Part shown: positions 38,620-50,428 of the stretch, piece after piece
Position numbering within the stretch: the stretch's first letter is position 1
Layout of the letters: each line of letters starts with the position of its first letter
Assembly (NCBI GenBank): GCA_054600435.1
Contig: BAAIJX010000031.1
Coordinates: 186,001-250,000 of the forward strand
Length of the DNA: 64,000 bases
Reading direction: 5' to 3'
Source: Neophaeotheca triangularis
Lineage: Eukaryota
The notes under the pieces: generated by a model
What the model saw: the letters and a program-made list of their open reading frames with translations, nothing else
Databases searched by the model: none
Told to the model about the DNA's origin: nothing
Program-made: the position numbers and the translations under genes

Positions 38620-41530
38620 TCTCTAATCTCATGACTCAAATAGCCGATCAGATGGCAGATCTAAACCATAGGATCAAGGCCACGGCAGAAGAAGAACTTG
38701 AGCAATCACGCAAGCCTCCCAGAACTCAACATGATGTCAACACGCCAACCACTACAGCAGTCAAGGGACGACAGCAACTCAGCCCGAGGAAGGTCCCCAC
38801 CTCCGTTTGCAAGGGAGGACGGCAAAGTGCAGGAAAACCAAACACCATCACCGATGATGGCACCACCGACACCTGACTCAGACAACGAAAGTCACACTCA
38901 ACGAGTCCACGCAAGGACAACAAACGAGGAGATCAATCCAGTGAGACTCCCACCACCGATATCCAGCTTGCAAGACACAGTAACCGAGGATGAATCGAAC
39001 AATGACACGTCCAAATACGATTACACCAACGACGACGAACTCGACGACAACAAAAACAGCGAAATTCATTGTGGAAGGACCAGACCCAATCAAGAAAATG
39101 GTCATCCACATCGCACGCTCGTACAAAGAAGTGTTCCCAAAGATCCCGGGCAAACGACGCCTGGAACCCAATCAATTCGAGGCCATGCTCTCGCGACTAC
39201 GAGCAATGTTTTGGGTCTACCGAAAGGTCCAACGTCGAGTACGACGCTGCGACCTTTGTCTAGGACAGGCCACTAATAGTAAGCACCTTCTACTGAGAAA
39301 ATGGTCACATTACACCGGACGGAATACGAATCCCGCATTCTATGAGACAACGAGTCAAGACTGTCAAGAATCGTTACAGAGAATTCCAGCTCACCTAAGA
39401 GCAAAAGAGAGAAGAAGAGATCACGCTGCAGGAAATGAAGAAACAAGCACAGGATTCCTTGGACTAATAGACTATAGTACCACACGACAAATTCCTACTA
39501 CTAGTCGACCGAAAGATGATTCTCGGGCACATCAAAGCAACCACACAAGGACCGATCACCGTACACGCGATTCAAGGAAAAGTCACGATCAACCCTCGGG
39601 ACGGACCCCTTTACTAGGAAGTCTCTCTCGACACAGCAGATTCATCCACCTACTTCTCAAAAAACGAATAGGACCTGTCGTTAAGAGCGAGCGTTGGGAA
39701 CTAAAGAACACAAATGCTCAACACTAGCAAGCATTAGGAACGGTCTTCCGAACAACATATACTGTTGATGGATACGAAATCTTTGCCATAATAGATTCCG
39801 GGGCCAGCGGAAAATTTATCTGGGAAACGTCAGTACGTCAGCATGGGTTAGCTACTCAGAAGAAAACAGATGGCTTGATGAACAATGAAGAAAGGATGGG
39901 TTTGGCCCTTTACTTCATCAGCCGCTTCACCACCGTTTTTCGTTCTGAAGAAAGGAGGAAAACTACGAATGGCTATCGATTTCAGACGACTCAATGCGAT
40001 CACCACCAAAAACCGTTATCCACTACCCAACATCGACGAGACGAGAGACCGACTCACCGGCTCACACTGGTTCACCAAGATCGATCTTCGAGATGCATTC
40101 TATTCAGTTAGAATGGCAAGGGGGGAAGAGTGGAAAACAGCTTTTCGAGCGCGCTACGGACTTTACGAATTTCAGGTTGTGCTTATGGGACTCACGAACG
40201 CCCTAGCAACCTGCTAACAACTCGTTAACGACATCCTAGGACGAGATCTGCTCGTCATCACTGTCATCGCTTACATTGACGAAATATTGATCTTCACGAA
40301 AGAATCACGAGAAGAGCATAATAAAGACGTACACGCAGTATTCGAACGACTCGACGAAGTAGACTTCAGAACCGCATGCGAGAAATCCGAGCTCTATAAG
40401 AAAGAAGTCGATTTTAAGGGCTTTGTGATCAGCACCACTAGGATACGAACAGAGCCGAAGAAACTCAATCGATCGAGGAATGGCCGACACCCAAATCAGT
40501 CAAGGACATCTAAGCATTCCTCGGATTAGCCAACGACAACCGGAAGTTCGTGCAGGATTGTTCAAGGCTCGGTACGCCCTTAATGAACCTCACAAAGAAA
40601 GACAAACTATTCGTATGGGGAAGGATTCAGCAAAAATCCTTCGACAAACTTAAGGAGTCACGGTACGACTGCTCCTACGCTTAGGATGTTCGACCCCAAG
40701 AGAACTATCCAAATCGAAACAGACGCCTCCGACAGAGCAATAGGAGCTTGCCTCACGCAAGAGGTTGAGAATAAAAGACACCCTATCTTTCTTGAGTCAC
40801 TAGCGGAACAGAACTACGAGATCTACGACAAAGAACTGCTCGCAATCGTTGCAGCATTGCGATACTAGACAGTTTACTGTGAAAAAGCAACCGGACTCAC
40901 CATCTACTCAGATCACAAGAACCTGCAATACTCCATAACAACCAAGGAATTGTCACGCCGACAATACAGATATTTAGAGCTACTCGGACAATCTAAGTTC
41001 GACATAGTCTACACTCCCGGAAAGGACAATGGGCGCGCCGACGCGCTAAGCAGAAGAAGCGACCACGTGGAAGGACACCTTCTACAGCAACACCGCATAC
41101 TGAGGGTTAATAGAGACGGAAGCCTTAGCGCTAACCCTCAGGAATTTAATTCAGTACTGCGAGTACTCAGGGATGACACCGAAGAATTCCCCGTCGAACA
41201 TGGGTGATTCAGGGTTCTAACCGAGCAGGAACACTAGTGCATCCAAGACCACCACGATGGACCTACTAACGGACCCGGGAATCGCTAGAACAGTGGAACA
41301 CATCAGACGCAACTTCGTCTTCCCCGGAATGAGACAAAAGGTCTCGGAATACATCAAGATATGCACAAGCTGCCATTACAACAAGGCTTCAAGATATGCC
41401 AAATATGGAAACCTCCAGTTTCAGGAACCACCGGATCTACAATGGAACGAAGTCACAATGGATTCCATCGTCAAGTCACTGAGATCCAAGGACCCTTCAA
41501 CAAACAAGGAGTACGAATTAGGAATACACT
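38620..41530 (+). mobile_element. Degenerate Ty3/Gypsy retrotransposon (gag-PR-RT-RNase H-partial integrase)
   Basis: Protease AIIDSGASG near 39790; RT LRMAIDFRRLNAITTKNRYPLP, FTKIDLRDAF, WKTAF; RNase H IETDASDRAIGACL, NYEIYDKELLAIV; integrase Zn-binding region and WNEVTMD. Many stops and frameshifts; truncated just before the nickel permease 3' end. Confidence 0.92.
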
Positions 41531-41567
41531 GAATGGTATCACCTCTCTCCTAGTGCGCTCACGCCGC

Positions 41568-42866
41568 TCACCCCGAGTCTGCGTGTCGAGGTGAAGTCGA
41601 CGCAACAGCAGTGGTCTTAGCGATAACCTGCTCCGTTGCCCCCAACTTGTTCGCTGGGACCGACGACTGTCCTGCATCATCGGTATATTGAGACGAGGAC
41701 ACTGGTTGCTGGCTCTCGTTGTCTAATCCCTCACCGCTCACCTCAACTAAACGTGCCAACGACATACGCTTCTGGTCGACCCGCCGTCTCCATGGCTTAT
41801 ATAAGATCGCAGCAAGCCCCCCGAACATTACGAAACAGCCGCAGATCGCGCCGCCAATAATATCGTAGTGGTCGCCAGCGACTTCGACGCCGTGCCAGAA
41901 GGGACCGCCAAGCCTGGGCGCTACACTTAGGATCAAGTTCAGCAACTGCAAGATCCCAATCACTAGCGCCACAACAACAGTAATAGCCGTTAGCACGCAC
42001 TGATAGTACAGCACGGCGATGTGGTCTTTAGCTAACCGCGCAGAGGTATACAGACTCATCATCGCGGCGCCGTCGGTGGTGTCGAGGAGACACATGCTGG
42101 CGGTAAATAGGATTGGGAAGATCAGGATCAACCAGAACGATGTCCCCTTTGCAGCTTGGATGGAGGAGATACCGAGGAGGGCGATCTCAGAGGACGTGTC
42201 GAAACCCAGACCGAAGAGCACGCCGAGGGGGTACATTTTCCAGGGACGGTCGATTAGCTTGAACATTCTTTTGAGGAGCCGGAACACGAAGCCTCCACCT
42301 TCGAATTTGACTTCAGGGGGTTCGTGGCCTAGAGGGGAAGATTTGGCGACCTGGAGCTGGCGGTAGAGGCGGTGGAGGATGTATCCGTTCATGAGGCCGA
42401 GGACGATGAGGAAAGCAGAGGAAACTGAGGAGCCGATGATGCCGCCGACTTCTGAGAAGGGCCCGAAGCGGTCGGAGATGGCGGCTGAGGAGGCTGCAAC
42501 GACGATGGAGGTGACGACTACGATGGTCGAGTGGCCTAGCGAGAAGAAGGTGCCGACGGTGACGGGATGCTGGCCGGCTGCGACAAGACGCCGGGTCATG
42601 AGGTCGATGGCGGAGATGTGGTCGGCATCTAGGGCGTGGCGGAGGCCTAGGGTGTAGGCGAGCACGGCTGTCGAGACGAGGCTTGGATGGAAGTGCAGGA
42701 CGATGCCACAGGCGATCCATACTAGGATGTTGACTACGATCAAGAGCGCGATAATGGCAATTGCGGCTCCAGGTAGCTTTCGCAGTAGGGGTGTTCGTTC
42801 ATGATACTCTTTAGCTTTTGCTAGCAGATTCGCGGTAGGTGGTGGCGGGCAAGTTTCTCTGTCCAT
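41568..42866 (-). CDS. nic1: High-affinity nickel permease (NiCoT family, Nic1/NixA-like)
   Basis: 432-aa intronless ORF with NiCoT signatures LGLRHALDADHISAID, FFSLGHSTIV and GVLFGLGFDTSSE. Confidence 0.95.
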   Translation of the reverse strand: MDRETCPPPPTANLLAKAKEYHERTPLLRKLPGAAIAIIALLIVVNILVWIACGIVLHFHPSLVSTAVLAYTLGLRHALDADHISAIDLMTRRLVAAGQHPVTVGTFFSLGHSTIVVVTSIVVAASSAAISDRFGPFSEVGGIIGSSVSSAFLIVLGLMNGYILHRLYRQLQVAKSSPLGHEPPEVKFEGGGFVFRLLKRMFKLIDRPWKMYPLGVLFGLGFDTSSEIALLGISSIQAAKGTSFWLILIFPILFTASMCLLDTTDGAAMMSLYTSARLAKDHIAVLYYQCVLTAITVVVALVIGILQLLNLILSVAPRLGGPFWHGVEVAGDHYDIIGGAICGCFVMFGGLAAILYKPWRRRVDQKRMSLARLVEVSGEGLDNESQQPVSSSQYTDDAGQSSVPANKLGATEQVIAKTTAVASTSPRHADSG

Positions 42867-43049
42867 GACAGCGTATGCTCACTTTTAACAGCGCGGTCAA
42901 GGTGCAGCGAAACGCACCGCACCGATATCCAAAGCCCAAATACTTTTGAAGTAGAGGCCAGTAGTGTTTGTACAATCGAGCGATGTTCAAGATAACAGAT
43001 CCTGCTGGTGGACCCTGCGGTTGGTTAGGGCTCTTCGAGGAACACGCGG

Positions 43050-43116
43050 GAAGCAATTGTGCCAAGCATTGGCATACGTACAAGGTACGTATGCCAATGC
43101 TTGGCACAATTGCTTC
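43050..43116. repeat. Perfect 32-bp inverted repeat with 3-nt spacer, upstream of the nickel permease
   Basis: GAAGCAATTGTGCCAAGCATTGGCATACGTAC (43050-43081) - AAG - GTACGTATGCCAATGCTTGGCACAATTGCTTC (43085-43116). Confidence 0.95.
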
Positions 43117-43563
43117 GTTGGGCACGGACATCAATCCAAAGCCCACATCCCTGAATACGGATCGCGCTAGCACGGTCAAGTGTTTGAACGCTAGCGTTAG
43201 GACTAACTAGACTCCAAGCGAGAAGCGACCAGCGCTTATGCCATCGATTGCTCTAGCGAACTTATACGCCTAAGAATATTTGACGGCAGATATCGGTACT
43301 AGAAGCTCCAAGCAGTTCACTAGGAACGTTATACTGGATACGAAGCGGCTTGCGTGCATTGACCGTCCGCGCGTACAGACTGCATGTCAGATGTGTCAAG
43401 CGAAGAAGCCTATCAACGCAAGAATCACCGCAGTTGTATACACGATAACTTTCCATCATCATCAGCAGATGCTCCTTGCCGTGTAGGACTTGTGACGTGA
43501 GTCGGCTTCGGATTCGTGTTCTCAGCATTGCCTAAAATCTTAAATTTGGACTATCCATCGAAG

Positions 43564-44560
43564 ATGGCGAATCCGATTCTTGGGTAAGTCGTTTCTTAAA
43601 ACCTCCAATATAGATAAATAACAAAATAAGTAATAGATAGTCTATAGTGGAATGTTCAATTTCGAAATTAGCATTTGTCGTTTCGCCGTCTAGAAGCTCG
43701 TTTTGTCGAGAGCTTTATCCACACTCTTTGCTTTCGTGGAGAATGAGTTGCGAGAGTTCCTGAAGAGATGCGCGACGATATCCGACGTATATGAAGAGAC
43801 ATTTGCTCGCTTTACGAAATTCTGAGACTAGGACACTACGACTCGCCCCAACCTGTACCCGTCCAGGGGATGTCGACGAGCACTTAAGGTTTCGATAACA
43901 ACAAGTACAATGCGGCTAGCACGTTCTCATCCCACGAGCACAATGCACCGCCGAAGCCATACGAGGAACCACTGCCAGACCAGCCCTAGAGCCGCCAGTA
44001 CTTAAGCTCGATCTAGTGAGGACGTTTGCAGGATGAAGAAAGGACAAGAAGAAGGTGCGGATAGCGTTGACCCGGCGCCGCCACACGATAAAGTGAGTTC
44101 AAAGTTACCTAGCCCAGACATCAGTATAGCTGTTAGCTGCCCGCTATCCTCGTCCTCGAATGTCATCTGCTATAACGATTACGTTGCTATTTTCTTCTCC
44201 CGCGCACAGCTCTATGTTCTGGGAGACAAGTGTGGCGTGGAGCCATTAAAGGTGCTTTCAAGTGAGCAGGCCCTTCAGACACAGGAGCGTGCAGAAAAGC
44301 CCTTTGTCGACTTTCCGGACCTAGTGAGGCATGTCTTCGGGCACGATCCGAGAAAGACCGCTCGTGACTTCGAAGGACAAGCTCCCCAGAGCCCGCATAC
44401 ATCACCGGGGCATATTTTGCAACGTATCTGCGTGCACTTTGCTACCAATAATTTCGGATCTTGATTCGTTCCTCGAGACTTTGTCGTCTTTTGCGTGAGG
44501 GGGGGTTGTTTGTCACTCACGTGGCCAAAAAATTTGCATGGATGCAGCAATTAAAAATTA
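43564..44560 (+). pseudogene. BTB/POZ-domain protein pseudogene
   Basis: FVENELREFLKRCATISDVYEETFARF and IFFSRAQLYVLGDKCGVEPLKVL match fungal BTB proteins (HAxLYVFADKY-type motif). Several stops. Confidence 0.65.
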
Positions 44561-44619
44561 CGAACGAAAATAGAGCGCTAGCCGCTGCCCCGCTCTATCA
44601 CACAACCGCCTGTTAGCTG

Positions 44620-45935
44620 GTCAAGTGTCTCTTCCACAGTCTAACGCTCTATTGCCGCTCGCGCGTGACACCTTTCTATCGCCGTCAGCCCTTCGCCGCA
44701 CCTATCACATCTCGCTATGCTTGAGTCGAGATACAAGCCCATCACTCGCCTACTACAACCCTTCGTTGCAAATGAACTCGCGCATGATGCTCTCATCCAC
44801 GCTCCCTCTCCTAGATGCCAGCTACCTCTCCGCCTTCCGTTCTTCCATCAGTATGACTGAATCTAGGTCCCCACCTGCGCATCCCGTTCGCCCCGGCTCT
44901 TGCGCAAAGTCGATCATGCCATATGGTATGTCTACATGTAGGGTGAAGACAATGTCCGAAAAATCTACGCCTGTTCCTAGCGCCGATATCGCTACGATCA
45001 GACCACCTCGCTCTAACCACGCCCACAGTCTCTCTTCGCTATCTGCAGCTCCGGCGTGATAGTAAGCGCACCTCAACTCCTTCCCCAGTCGCTCGCACTG
45101 ATCCCTACTGCAGCTGTACACCACACCTTGTAGATTTAGATGCTTCTTTCTTCGCTCGCATAGTTGTAGCGCCTTCTCCTCTAGCTTTCCGTATTCACAT
45201 GTCTCCACCATGTATCTCGTCATGATCCGTGTCGTGACCGCCCCTAACGTACCTCGCCATCCGTGCCACCATATTCTCTTCTCTAACGCGAACTCCAAGA
45301 GTACTAGTAGCGTCGCGGTAAGCATAATTCTCGGCACCCTAAGTCCGCGTACTGCTCGGAGATCGGCGAGCTTCGGCCGCTAGTCGCTCGCGGAGATTGT
45401 CAGATGACTCTTGTCCATAACAGACCCTCCCGAGAATGTCTTTAGCACTAGCTGCGCGTAGCTAAGAAATGACTTCATGCGACGAATTCCGCGACGGTAG
45501 AGACTAGCGTGGCCGGGTTCTGCCCTCCTGGCCTATACTCAATGCAGTCGATCCTCGCTTTCTAAACCATTGCTACTAGATTGCCGACGAGTGGTCGGTA
45601 CGGCACGACGACAATTGACACACCCGGGTCGTCTAGACAAGCTAGCGCCATGAACAGCAAGCTCCCCGACCCCATCTGTTAGTAGTCTAATGCTAGCGGA
45701 GTCGTCTACTCGCCCGACACGATCGTACGTAGTGCCTCTCCCTGTTCTTCCGACCGGAACGAGATGTCATCGCGGCGTAGCGCCTTCCTCATTGCCTTCT
45801 TAAGATCCTCTTCGCTTACTGCCGGGTTCGTGAATCTCCTCTGATCGATTGTCAATAGTGCCGTCAACCTGTTGTAGAGCGGCAACTGCTCGAGATGCGC
45901 GGCCGTGCTCGGGGTAACAGCGATCCCCATCCTGG
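44620..45935 (-). mobile_element. Second, partial copy of the RecQ-helicase element
   Basis: High nucleotide similarity to about 29040-30090. Encodes LTATL, YYHAG, SALGTGVDF and DFAQEPGRTG (motif VI). Frameshifted. Confidence 0.9.
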
Positions 45936-46536
45936 CGACGAACTACGGCGTGAACCGCTGCCGTACGTGCTGACCAGTCCTCTGTTGTACCGGGATGAGT
46001 TGCGGCGTGGTCATCGCGTATATCCTAGTATTGCATTGGGTGGGCGTATCACTGTCCTGTTCTTAGAGTTGCTGCTGCTGCAATGGTTGGGGCACGTCGT
46101 GGCGACATGATGATGGGCGGCAGCGCCCTATGACCTAGGTAGGTAATATGGAGTCTCTACCTAGGCCGTTCTAACTAGACTATCGCCTTACTAATCCCCT
46201 AGAGGATCGCCCTCTTCTTACTATTCTGGTTTCCACTTGCAATTGCCTGAACTGCCACTACGCTGTTATGAAGACCTGCGCAGGTCCCTTGTAGTAGTCT
46301 GTTGTTATTAGGGGATGGGGGTGGTAGTGGATTGGGGTGTGAGAGGGGGTCCGAGGTCATGGCTATGGATGGTGTGTGATATCGGTCTCCTAATAACTTT
46401 CTTCTACCTAGTAACGGGTGGAATAGAGACGTAGAGCGATGAACTTTGCTATGTAGGAGCGAGGTACACACTTTCATCAAGCCTCGAGGAAGTCGCGACT
46501 TCAAGGCCTGAACCTTCTTTGTGAAAGTAAGCAACT

Positions 46537-47424
46537 CTAGGAGTTGAATATTCTAGTGTACAGTTTCTCATGCAATCCCACCCAAAGATCCATGATTGGT
46601 ACCACCTGTGTTGCATCTTCTATCTCTGTCTCCCATTGAAGTTCTAGCGCATGACTTAGACTTTCTTGTAGCCATCCGGACGCAAGAAAGGCTTGTGCGT
46701 GATATGGCCCAATGACAGAAGCGCGCACTGCAGCAGACAGGAGTGATTGCGCATGTTTGAATAGAAAGACATACCCGGCGGTCTTCAAAGGAATGGACAT
46801 GGCGCGATTGACCGTTCCCCAAAGAACCGGGAAATGACCCGCTAGCTGCGTAGTAGCCGGTGTAGGATGTCGTAGCGCAGCCGCAAAATCCTCCAGAGCT
46901 TGAACACTGTCTTGATCTTGCAAAGACTGATCGAGACTGCCTACAAGCGACCGGCGCCAGACACCTAGTAGCGCTCGCCCCTGCGTCACACTCGCTCTCT
47001 TTGCCACTTGACACAGAGTTGAAGCATCGAGGTTGTCATCCAGGCTCATCATGTCGTGAGGCCGCCGGTAGGCAGCTAGCACATATGGGAGTACTGTGCT
47101 AGACATGGAAGCAAGGGACAGCACAACAAATCTCCGTAACTCCTCGTGTCTGACGAGCTGAGGACGATGGTGAGCAATGAAGGACTCAAGCCCGCTTGAG
47201 AAGGCGAACGACCCGAGAGGAAGCGCGGAATCGGAAAGTACCAGTAAGTAGTGATGAGAGCCAGCAGAGCTCGCTTCTAATTGATTAGGACCAGACGTCG
47301 GCAACGTAGTGCATTTGTTGAACATACCAATCTCGTCCCCGCCTAGCTCTTGGGATATCCTTTCTCCTAGAGGCTGGTATGGTCGGCTATCCACATTTTG
47401 CGTGTCCCTATACCTAGATGCCAT
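46537..47424 (-). CDS. ureF: Urease accessory protein UreF
   Basis: 295-aa ORF with LLVLSDSALPLGSFAFSSGLES, AGHFPVLWG, SAAVRASVIGPY and the canonical C-terminus HEKLYTRIFNS. Confidence 0.95.
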   Translation of the reverse strand: MASRYRDTQNVDSRPYQPLGERISQELGGDEIGMFNKCTTLPTSGPNQLEASSAGSHHYLLVLSDSALPLGSFAFSSGLESFIAHHRPQLVRHEELRRFVVLSLASMSSTVLPYVLAAYRRPHDMMSLDDNLDASTLCQVAKRASVTQGRALLGVWRRSLVGSLDQSLQDQDSVQALEDFAAALRHPTPATTQLAGHFPVLWGTVNRAMSIPLKTAGYVFLFKHAQSLLSAAVRASVIGPYHAQAFLASGWLQESLSHALELQWETEIEDATQVVPIMDLWVGLHEKLYTRIFNS

Positions 47425-49030
47425 TTTTTCTCCGCCCTTCGTTAACGGGCTGTCAAATATGTTTACTTAAAGAAGAGTCTTCGGGCTCGAGCTTGCTTGC
47501 ACAGAACGCGAGGGCAGCTAGTACACGAGGTGTAATGAATATTTGGTTAGGGCGCATGAGGTCGCAGAATTCGCATACGTGTTCACCGACCCGGATTTTG
47601 CCACCAAACAGTCCAAAAAACCTGTCGTCTGCCAAGCTCTGCGGAGTTGTAGCGTCTATCACCAAGATCTGGTGGTAAGGCGCCGTACGCACCGATCCAC
47701 GTGACCGAGCGCGCCAGGTTACTGCTCGAGATCCACGATGGTGACGCCATCGAGGTCGCTTGGGAGCATTACTGTAGACGTCTTCAACGACTGGTAACGA
47801 ATGACTATGCTTCCGTAACTCGTACCCGGCATGATGTTTAGTTATGGATAACTCCTCTATCCACCGGAGTTGTGAGGTAGCTGCAGTACAACGCTTGAGC
47901 AGGTAATACTCAGACTGCTCTCAGTGTTACGACCTCGAGCCCATGCGGTAGCAGCAACACAGGCCCTAGAGCAATAGGGTCTTCATATTCCTTGGTGGTG
48001 TTAGCAACAACCTTATCATTGCACTTCAACGTCCATGTTGCGGCATACGCGCAAACCCCAGTAGATCATTCTTGACAAGGTCCTGCTCATGAGCTTCCAT
48101 CTTACTCTTAACCTCGCCCTGACTCTCACCATAAGGGTGCATCTTGCTAGTTACGATCAGCTCGTCCACTGCAGCTATGGCCTTCTACGTCTTCTGCGCC
48201 TCAACTATGCGTCGCTTGCAAGCCTCAGCGATCTGACGGTTATTCTCACGCAGAGCTTCTAGTCGCTCTTTGCTTTCCTTCTCCCACCGCGCAATATTCT
48301 CCTCATGCTCACACGCCACTCTTCCTCAGTCATTTGGTCTTTATCATATCGCTTTTCCACTCTAAAAAAGGCCTGCTCTAAGGACCTTAAGAACAGAGCA
48401 CCAAAATCACGACTCGGCTCGTCACTAGGCTCGCCCTCCGACTTAGTACTATCGTTGTCTTCGTCAAAAGCAGTGAGGCCGCGAGCATCGCAACTGGGCG
48501 GTGACAACGGCTTGGTAGCAAAGGTATTGACACTGTGCTGCTGATTACTAGAAGGTGGCGGCGGTGACATCGGGCGGCGGTGACGACCCTAGTATACGGA
48601 CACGTTGGGAAGCCTGGAAGGCATGAGTGGGTGCTTCAGGCTTCAGTTGTGGAGGCACCATGAACACCACTTTCGATACCGCAATACCAATAATATAGAC
48701 AGGATATCAGAGCTTCAGTATGGTGCGGAATAGCAGCAATCACGCAATGGAGCCAACTCTCGCCAAGTTTCGGTGGAGCTAGGTCTCTTCGCATGAAGCT
48801 TGGCAGACGACAGTCCTCTTGGAAGGAATGATAACATATTCGAGCGGTACTGCGGAGGTTTCGGTGGTTACCTAGGTACAGTGCGCAAGTGACATAACGT
48901 CATACTGTAAGTGCACCAACGCGGCTTCGATAAGGGACTAAGCCGGACGGGCGCACGGGGGTGGCCAAATTAACATTCCTACAGCTCATGCTTTTGATCA
49001 TCGATTTGAAAACGGCTATAGTACAACACT

Positions 49031-50428
49031 ATGGAAGCACTTCCATTTACTGTGGAATTGAAGTTCCCCACACAGCATGCCTATCGCCCTGGCCAGAGTA
49101 TCAGTGGCGAAATTGTGCTGAACAAATCTTCTCCGGTCCGCATCAAGCACATAAGCTTACGGCTGCGCGGTAGGCACCCTCGTCTGTCTATACCATCTTC
49201 CTTTCTAAACTTCACGCAGGCCAAACGCGCACATGGCGTCATGTTGACGAGCGCAGAGAGGTCGTTTCTACTCTCGTCCATTCAGTAAGTCTCTTGTGAT
49301 CTGGCTTGGTGGCCGCTGCCTAATAGCCAGTTTCCAGTTTTTGGAGCAATCCCAGCGGTTCCCTGGAGCCCTCTCGCAAATCAGCACACTGTCCTGCCAG
49401 ACAAATCTCTGCATTCCATTCTTGATGAAGATAACGGACAAGCTGTTGTGTGATCACGGAAACAATCCTTTAACCGCTCGCCCCCCCCCTTCTTGCAAAT
49501 CAGGTGCGGTCTTCACCGATTCAGCGTCTGGGACCGTGTACATGCAGCCTCTGATTGAATATGCATTATCTGTTCTTGTGGTTTTTGAGACATCAGGGCA
49601 GCGGAAAAGAGAATCGACTACTGCAACTGAGATCGAGATCGAGTCTTCACTCCCGGTAACAGCACCCTCGTACTCGCTTAAGACACAGAGTGAAGACTGT
49701 TGTCCTCGGCGCTTAAAGTTCTTCCGAAGGAGCATTTTCGCTACGGCCGCACGAAGGATTTACCTCGAGATACAGGAACCCTTCCCAGTATTCTCAGGCC
49801 AAAGGAATGTGTCTCTTGCACTCCGAGGTCGACTTAAGATTTCGATCCCGCGTTCTTCGACAGTCTCAGCAAATACTAGCGACAAGACATCGATTCGCAT
49901 GGCAGCGCGTTTGGACATGGATGTCTACTCAGGAACGCGCGACTCCAGCAACGGTGCCACTTCGTCCTCGAAGCTACACAGGCTTGTGCAAACTACTTCC
50001 TGGCCGTTGCGCCATCTTAGTATGGCACTCAATCCTTGTCCACACCCATGCCGCGATGACGCAACTGCACTCGGTGATTGCTGCGCGCAAGACATCGTCT
50101 TCCCGATAGAGCTGCCTGACAACTTGGCGCCCGCTTTCGACATGGTCTCGGCAGGTCGCTACTATTCACTTCACGTAACAGCTGCAGCGGGTGCTCTCCC
50201 TCTGGAAGAAAGCGTGACCGTACCCCTCCAGGTTCCCCACGATCAAGATGCGCCAGCCGCATATGACTCCAACGAAGGCGACGCGACGCTGGGCATGTTA
50301 GTAAGTCCTTCCTTAAGCTACCCTGTTCCGAGCATAATAGCAAAACTGTCGCGGAATACTCGGCATGCATTGGCTGACGACTGAATTTGCTCGTTCAGTT
50401 GCCAGAATATGATGACTTGATCCGCTGA
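49031..50428 (+). CDS. Alpha-arrestin-like protein, 4 exons, about 398 aa
   Basis: Exons 49031-49169, 49220-49284, 49338-50300 and 50399-50428 splice in frame via GT-AG introns. Motifs YRPGQSISGEIVL...ISLRLRG, PPSC, IEYALSV, LAPAF..RYYSLHV and terminal LPEY (PY-like). Confidence 0.65.
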
